Origin: an uncultured delta proteobacterium
GTDB taxonomy: Bacteria > Myxococcota > Myxococcia > Myxococcales > Anaeromyxobacteraceae
DNA: 64,000 nt
Direction of reading: 5' to 3'
Assembly: GCA_963845515.1 (NCBI GenBank)
Contig: CAWJSR010000058.1
Coordinates: 1-64,000, forward strand
Shown here in pieces: positions 60,079 to 64,000 of this stretch. Positions within the stretch are counted from its first letter, which is position 1. The number at the start of each line of letters is the position of its first letter. The translations under genes were made by a program, and so were the position numbers. The notes beneath the pieces were generated by a model that was not told the DNA's origin, made no database searches, and was given only the letters and a program-made list of their open reading frames with translations.

Positions 60079-60981
60079 TTGAGCGAAACGAAGGATCGCA
60101 GCGCCCCTCGGCTGTTCGTCGACGCGGACGTGAATGTGCACCGGGGGAAAGACGCTGCGACCCGGCTCGAGCGCCAGAACGACGCCCGGTACTATGAGGC
60201 GGGACGCGGCGTCGTCCGGATCGATAGCGAGCGATGGGCCGAAGCGCAGCGCTACGAGCGCAAGACGTGGATGGAGCTCAACCTCCGCGCGAACGACGAC
60301 CACAACCGCCGGCACCTCGCGCGCTTCGGCGGGTACGAGGCGCTCCGTGACCGGAGCTTCCGGCGCGGAATCGAGCTCGGATGCGGCCCCTTCACGAACA
60401 TGCGGCTCATCCTGGGGCTCGCCGAGATCCACGACATCCACCTGCTCGATCCGCTCGTGCGCCACTACGTCAATCATCCGCTCTGCCGCTATCACGGGAG
60501 CCGGTTCGGAGGGATCCCGCGTCTCTCGGCCCTCGGCCGGTTGCTCCGGGCGGGACAGCTGCGCGAAATCGCGAACGGCGTCCGGATCGGTGGGCTGCGG
60601 GGGCGCCCGGTGACGCTCGAGGCGAGCACCGCGGAGGACTTCGAGACGCCTCACCGGTTCGACCTCGCGGTGATGATCAACGTCATCGAGCACTGCCGCG
60701 ACCTGAACCGGATCATCGCGACGATCGATCGGATCCTCGAGCCCGGCGGAACGTTCGTGTTCAACGACCGAGGCTGGGATCCGCCGGATCTCGAGCGTTC
60801 GCTCGACCAGCTCTACGATGCCGGACACCCGTTGCGCGTCGGCCGCCCCGTGCTGGAGGAGTGGCTCGCGTCGAGGTTCGACCCGGTGTTCCGGACCGAC
60901 GTCGCGGAGAATGAAGAGGTCGTCCCTGGCATTCGGCTCTCCCGCACCGCGATCTACTTCATCGGTCGCAAGAAAGCGTGA
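60079..60981 (+). CDS. Class I SAM-dependent methyltransferase
   Basis: IELGCGP, LLDPL, FDLAVMINVIEH, ILEPGGTF. Confidence 0.85.
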   Translation: MSETKDRSAPRLFVDADVNVHRGKDAATRLERQNDARYYEAGRGVVRIDSERWAEAQRYERKTWMELNLRANDDHNRRHLARFGGYEALRDRSFRRGIELGCGPFTNMRLILGLAEIHDIHLLDPLVRHYVNHPLCRYHGSRFGGIPRLSALGRLLRAGQLREIANGVRIGGLRGRPVTLEASTAEDFETPHRFDLAVMINVIEHCRDLNRIIATIDRILEPGGTFVFNDRGWDPPDLERSLDQLYDAGHPLRVGRPVLEEWLASRFDPVFRTDVAENEEVVPGIRLSRTAIYFIGRKKA

Positions 60982-61183
60982 GGCTCTTGCGAACCCGTCC
61001 CTGAAGAACGCCGACTTCCGGCAGCTCTTCGCGGTCCCCTCGCGCGCCACTGCTAGCCGCTAGCTGGCGCGGCCGGTGACGCAGGGCTACCTGATCCCGG
61101 AGGGGGAGCGTCGCCTACACGCCAGCCGAATGGAAGTAGAAGTCGAGCATGGCGTTCAGCGGCGCCGGGTCGCGCTTCAATCC

Positions 61184-61565
61184 CGCTTCCTCGCGGACGC
61201 CAGGATCCCCGTCGACAACAACGCCTCCGAGCGCGCCCTACGGGCCGCCGCCCTCGGCCGGAAGAACTGGCTCTTCGTCGGCCACGACGAATCAGGCGCG
61301 AACGTCGCCGGCCTCTTCTCGCTCATCGCGACGTGCGAGGCGAACGGCGTAAACCCGACCTCGCCGACGTGCTCATGCGCGTGCAGACCCACCCGGCGTC
61401 GCGCATCGACGAGCTGCTACCACACAACTGGAAGCCGCCAACGCTCCAGCCGTCGGACTGAAGCAGGCCGGCGGCGACCACGAACACGACCGAAACGAAC
61501 ACGAGCCCGCCGATCCGGCGGGAGACAGGAGGGCTACGTCAAGACGTCCAGGGCCGATTGGTTAC
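61184..61565 (+). mobile_element. IS66-family remnant: 3' end of tnpC transposase (frameshifted near 61358, stop 61461) and probable right terminal repeat
   Basis: IPVDNNASERALR..ALGRKNWLFVG...SLIATC..NGVNP / LADVL...RIDELLPHNW; ends ...GGTTAC (GTAA terminus on the minus strand). Confidence 0.85.
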
Positions 61566-61615
61566 GCCGAAGGCATGCGCACCATGATGGTGGCAACCCG
61601 GGGCGGCGGGGTCAA
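61565..61615. repeat. 51-bp direct repeat, copy 2
   Basis: 49/51 identical to 59375-59425; abuts the IS66 end. Confidence 0.9.
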
Positions 61616-61709
61616 CGGGGAGGGCCGCCCCGGCCGCAGGACAGCCATCACCCCTTCCCTTCACCATCGTGACGTCAGCCCACGCGCTCAAGCCGTTGCG
61701 CTACCCAAG

Positions 61710-62687
61710 TCACCAGTAGGTGGCTCCCTCCATGATCGCGGCGTCGCGCGGCGTCTCCTCCGGCAGCGGACGGACCCAGTGCTCGTTGCAGAGCGCCTGG
61801 TAGTAGGCCCAGCGGTCCCACCGGCGGCCGCGGATGCCGAACATGAGCTGGGTCGCGCCGCCGAGATGGACCGCCTTGCGGCCGATCCGCTTGCAGTGGG
61901 CGGCGAGGGACATGCCGTAGGCTCCCGCGCCGATGATCGCGACGTCGAACCGGATACGGGAGAGCTCCTGGCACATCCAGTCCAGCGCCTCGAACCAGGT
62001 CCTGAACTCGGAGCGCTCTCCTCCCGCCGACTGGACCGCCTTGAAGGTCAGCAGCTCGAAGTCGGGCAGGACACGCGGATCCTTGAAGAGCAGACGCCGC
62101 TTCTCGTACTGGCGCTGGATGCTCTTCTCGAACGGGTGGACGACCAGGACGCGCCGTCCCTGGAGCGCCTCGCTCCAGGGATCCTCGTGCTGGTACGGCT
62201 CCAGCTCCACCAGCGGGATCGTCTTCGCGTCTCGGAGCCGGTCGCCGAGCCTCCGCTCGCCGGCGAGCCAGGAGCCCAGCACGTCGACCTGGGTCGCGTC
62301 CTCCAGCTCCAGCCTCGCGAAGCGCTCCAGGTGCTCCTCGTCCACGGGGAAGAAGCCGGCGACGTTGAAGATGTCGCGGTTGGTCCGCTCGTCCCACCAC
62401 CAGGCGCCGAGCTCACCGCGCACGTAGAGCCTCATCCGCTCCAGCACGCCGCGCTGGTCCTCCGAGGCGAGCCAGTTCAGGATCGCGTTCAACTCGGTGT
62501 TGCCGAAGCGCGCGACCATGCGCGGGGCGGGATCGAGCATCGCCTGCTTGATGGCGTCGCTCCCTGCCTGCCCGCGCAGGTCGTAGGTGAGCTCGGGCGG
62601 CTTCACGAGGTATCGAGCCCGCCACTTCCGCGCGTTCTTGAGGAAGCGGTGGAGCCCGCTGCCCCGCGTCAGCCCGTTCGAACCCAT
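61710..62687 (-). CDS. Conserved protein of polysaccharide loci (possible GT-D-fold glycosyltransferase)
   Basis: ARFGNTE, VLVVHPF, FDVAIIGAGAYG, HLGGATQLMFGIRGRRW, terminal EGATYW. Confidence 0.65.
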   Translation of the reverse strand: MGSNGLTRGSGLHRFLKNARKWRARYLVKPPELTYDLRGQAGSDAIKQAMLDPAPRMVARFGNTELNAILNWLASEDQRGVLERMRLYVRGELGAWWWDERTNRDIFNVAGFFPVDEEHLERFARLELEDATQVDVLGSWLAGERRLGDRLRDAKTIPLVELEPYQHEDPWSEALQGRRVLVVHPFEKSIQRQYEKRRLLFKDPRVLPDFELLTFKAVQSAGGERSEFRTWFEALDWMCQELSRIRFDVAIIGAGAYGMSLAAHCKRIGRKAVHLGGATQLMFGIRGRRWDRWAYYQALCNEHWVRPLPEETPRDAAIMEGATYW

Positions 62688-62732
62688 CTCACCGTTCTCC
62701 CGGCTGCAGTGAGCCAGCACTCGGACGAGCCA

Positions 62733-64000
62733 TCACGCCAGCGCCGCGGCCACCAGCTCCTTCACCTTCGCGAGCGCCTTCTCGATGCCCGCGGGGTCCG
62801 AGCCGCCCGCCTGCGCGATGTCCGGCTTCCCGCCGCCGGCCCCGCCGACGAGCTTCGCCGCCTCCTTCACGAGGTCGCCGGCCTTGAGCACCGCGGTCAG
62901 GTCCTTCGTCACGGCGACGAGCAGCACGGCCTTGCCGTCCTGCTCGCTGGCGAGCGCCACGACGCCGCGGCCGATCCTGTCGCGCAGCTTGTCGGCGAGC
63001 TCGCGGAGCGCCTTGGCGTCCCCATCCACCTTCACGGCGAGGATCTTCGCCCCCTTCACCTCGACCGCCTTCGCGGCCAGGTCGCCGGACTGGGCGGTGG
63101 CGAGCTTCGAGTGGGCCTCCTCCAGCGAGCGCTCAAGCTCCCTCGCGCGGCGCTGCGCCTGCTCCACCTTGGCGGCGACCTCGAAGGCGCCAGCCTTGAG
63201 GAGCGCGGCGGTCCTGCGCAGCTCGTCCTCGATCCGCTGCGCGTGCTCCACCGCCTTCGGGCCGGTGTACGCGACGATCCGCCGGACGCCGGCGGCGATC
63301 GACTCCTCGCTGGCGATCTTGAAGAAGGCGATGTCGCCAGTGCGGCGCACGTGGGTGCCGCCGCAGAGCTCCTTCGACGGCCCCATCGACACGACGCGGA
63401 CCGTCTCGCCGTACTTCTCGCCGAAGATCATCATCGCGCCCGTCTTGCGCGCGTCGTCGAGCCCGAGCACCGCCGTCTGGGCGTCGGCGTTCGCCCGGAC
63501 CAGCTCGTTCACGCGCCGCTCGATGTCGCTGAGCTCCTCGTCGGTGAGCGGCTGGAAGTGGGAGAAGTCGAAGCGGAGGTAGTCCGGGGCGACGACGGAG
63601 CCGGCCTGCTTCACGTGGTCGCCCAGCCGCTCGCGCAGCGCGAGCTGCAGCAGGTGGGTCGCCGAGTGGTTCGCGCGGATGAGATCGCGCCGCGGGTCGT
63701 CGACCGTGAGCTCGATCCCGTCGCCGATCGACAGCTCGCCCTCGGTCAGCTCGCCGACGTGCGTGACCAGCCCCGGGACGGGGCGCTGCGCGTCGGTGAC
63801 CCTGACCTTCGCCTTCTGGGACGAGATCGTGCCGGTGTCGCCCATCTGGCCGCCCGACTCCCCGTAGAAGGGCGTCAGCGCCGCGATCACCTCGACCTTG
63901 TCCCCCTTCACCGCGCGATTCACCCGCTGGCCCTTGACGATCAGGGCCTGGACCTCGGAGTGGGCCTGCCCGGCCTCGTAGCCGACGAAGCGGGTCTCGC
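62733..64000 (-). CDS. alaS: Alanine--tRNA ligase, 3' part (5' end outside the window)
   Basis: TPFYGESGGQ, NHSATHLL, RFDFSH, FGEKYG, ELCGGTHV, GGGKPDIAQAGG. Confidence 0.97.
   Translation of the reverse strand, partial: ETRFVGYEAGQAHSEVQALIVKGQRVNRAVKGDKVEVIAALTPFYGESGGQMGDTGTISSQKAKVRVTDAQRPVPGLVTHVGELTEGELSIGDGIELTVDDPRRDLIRANHSATHLLQLALRERLGDHVKQAGSVVAPDYLRFDFSHFQPLTDEELSDIERRVNELVRANADAQTAVLGLDDARKTGAMMIFGEKYGETVRVVSMGPSKELCGGTHVRRTGDIAFFKIASEESIAAGVRRIVAYTGPKAVEHAQRIEDELRRTAALLKAGAFEVAAKVEQAQRRARELERSLEEAHSKLATAQSGDLAAKAVEVKGAKILAVKVDGDAKALRELADKLRDRIGRGVVALASEQDGKAVLLVAVTKDLTAVLKAGDLVKEAAKLVGGAGGGKPDIAQAGGSDPAGIEKALAKVKELVAAALA

Noticed and set aside
61076..61672. 198-aa ORF as an intact transposase
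   Set aside because: Only about 61184-61461 is IS66-like, and it is frameshifted; tnpA, tnpB and the left end are missing

Overview
High-GC bacterial sequence that appears to be two different genomes joined at about position 4117. Bases 1-4117 look actinobacterial: leaderless genes, an Abhydrolase_9 protein, an epoxide-hydrolase-like gene and an FrnE/DsbA gene, with about 9-10 frameshifts. Bases 4118-64000 look like an Anaeromyxobacter-type myxobacterium (inferred from gene content). That part carries glutaredoxin, a ferritin-like gene, a YeeE/YeeE/small GGC-tail protein/octaheme cytochrome cluster, and a sigma54-driven secreted protein/TPR/beta-barrel/two-component module. It also holds a complete Hyb-type [NiFe] hydrogenase with the hyp operon, maeB, a LolCDE/MacB-like trans-envelope system, pepF, thrH, a small direct-repeat-bounded islet with an IS66 remnant, and the 3' part of alaS. 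The most novel-looking signals are: (1) a small unannotated membrane protein with an in-frame UGA followed by a SECIS-like hairpin (42346-42501, candidate selenoprotein); (2) a candidate periplasmic sulfur/selenium relay (5581-8604); (3) the sigma54 envelope module with its promoter and tandem enhancer sites; (4) a REP-like palindrome inserted in frame in hypF. Family assignments come from motif recognition only; no searches were run.
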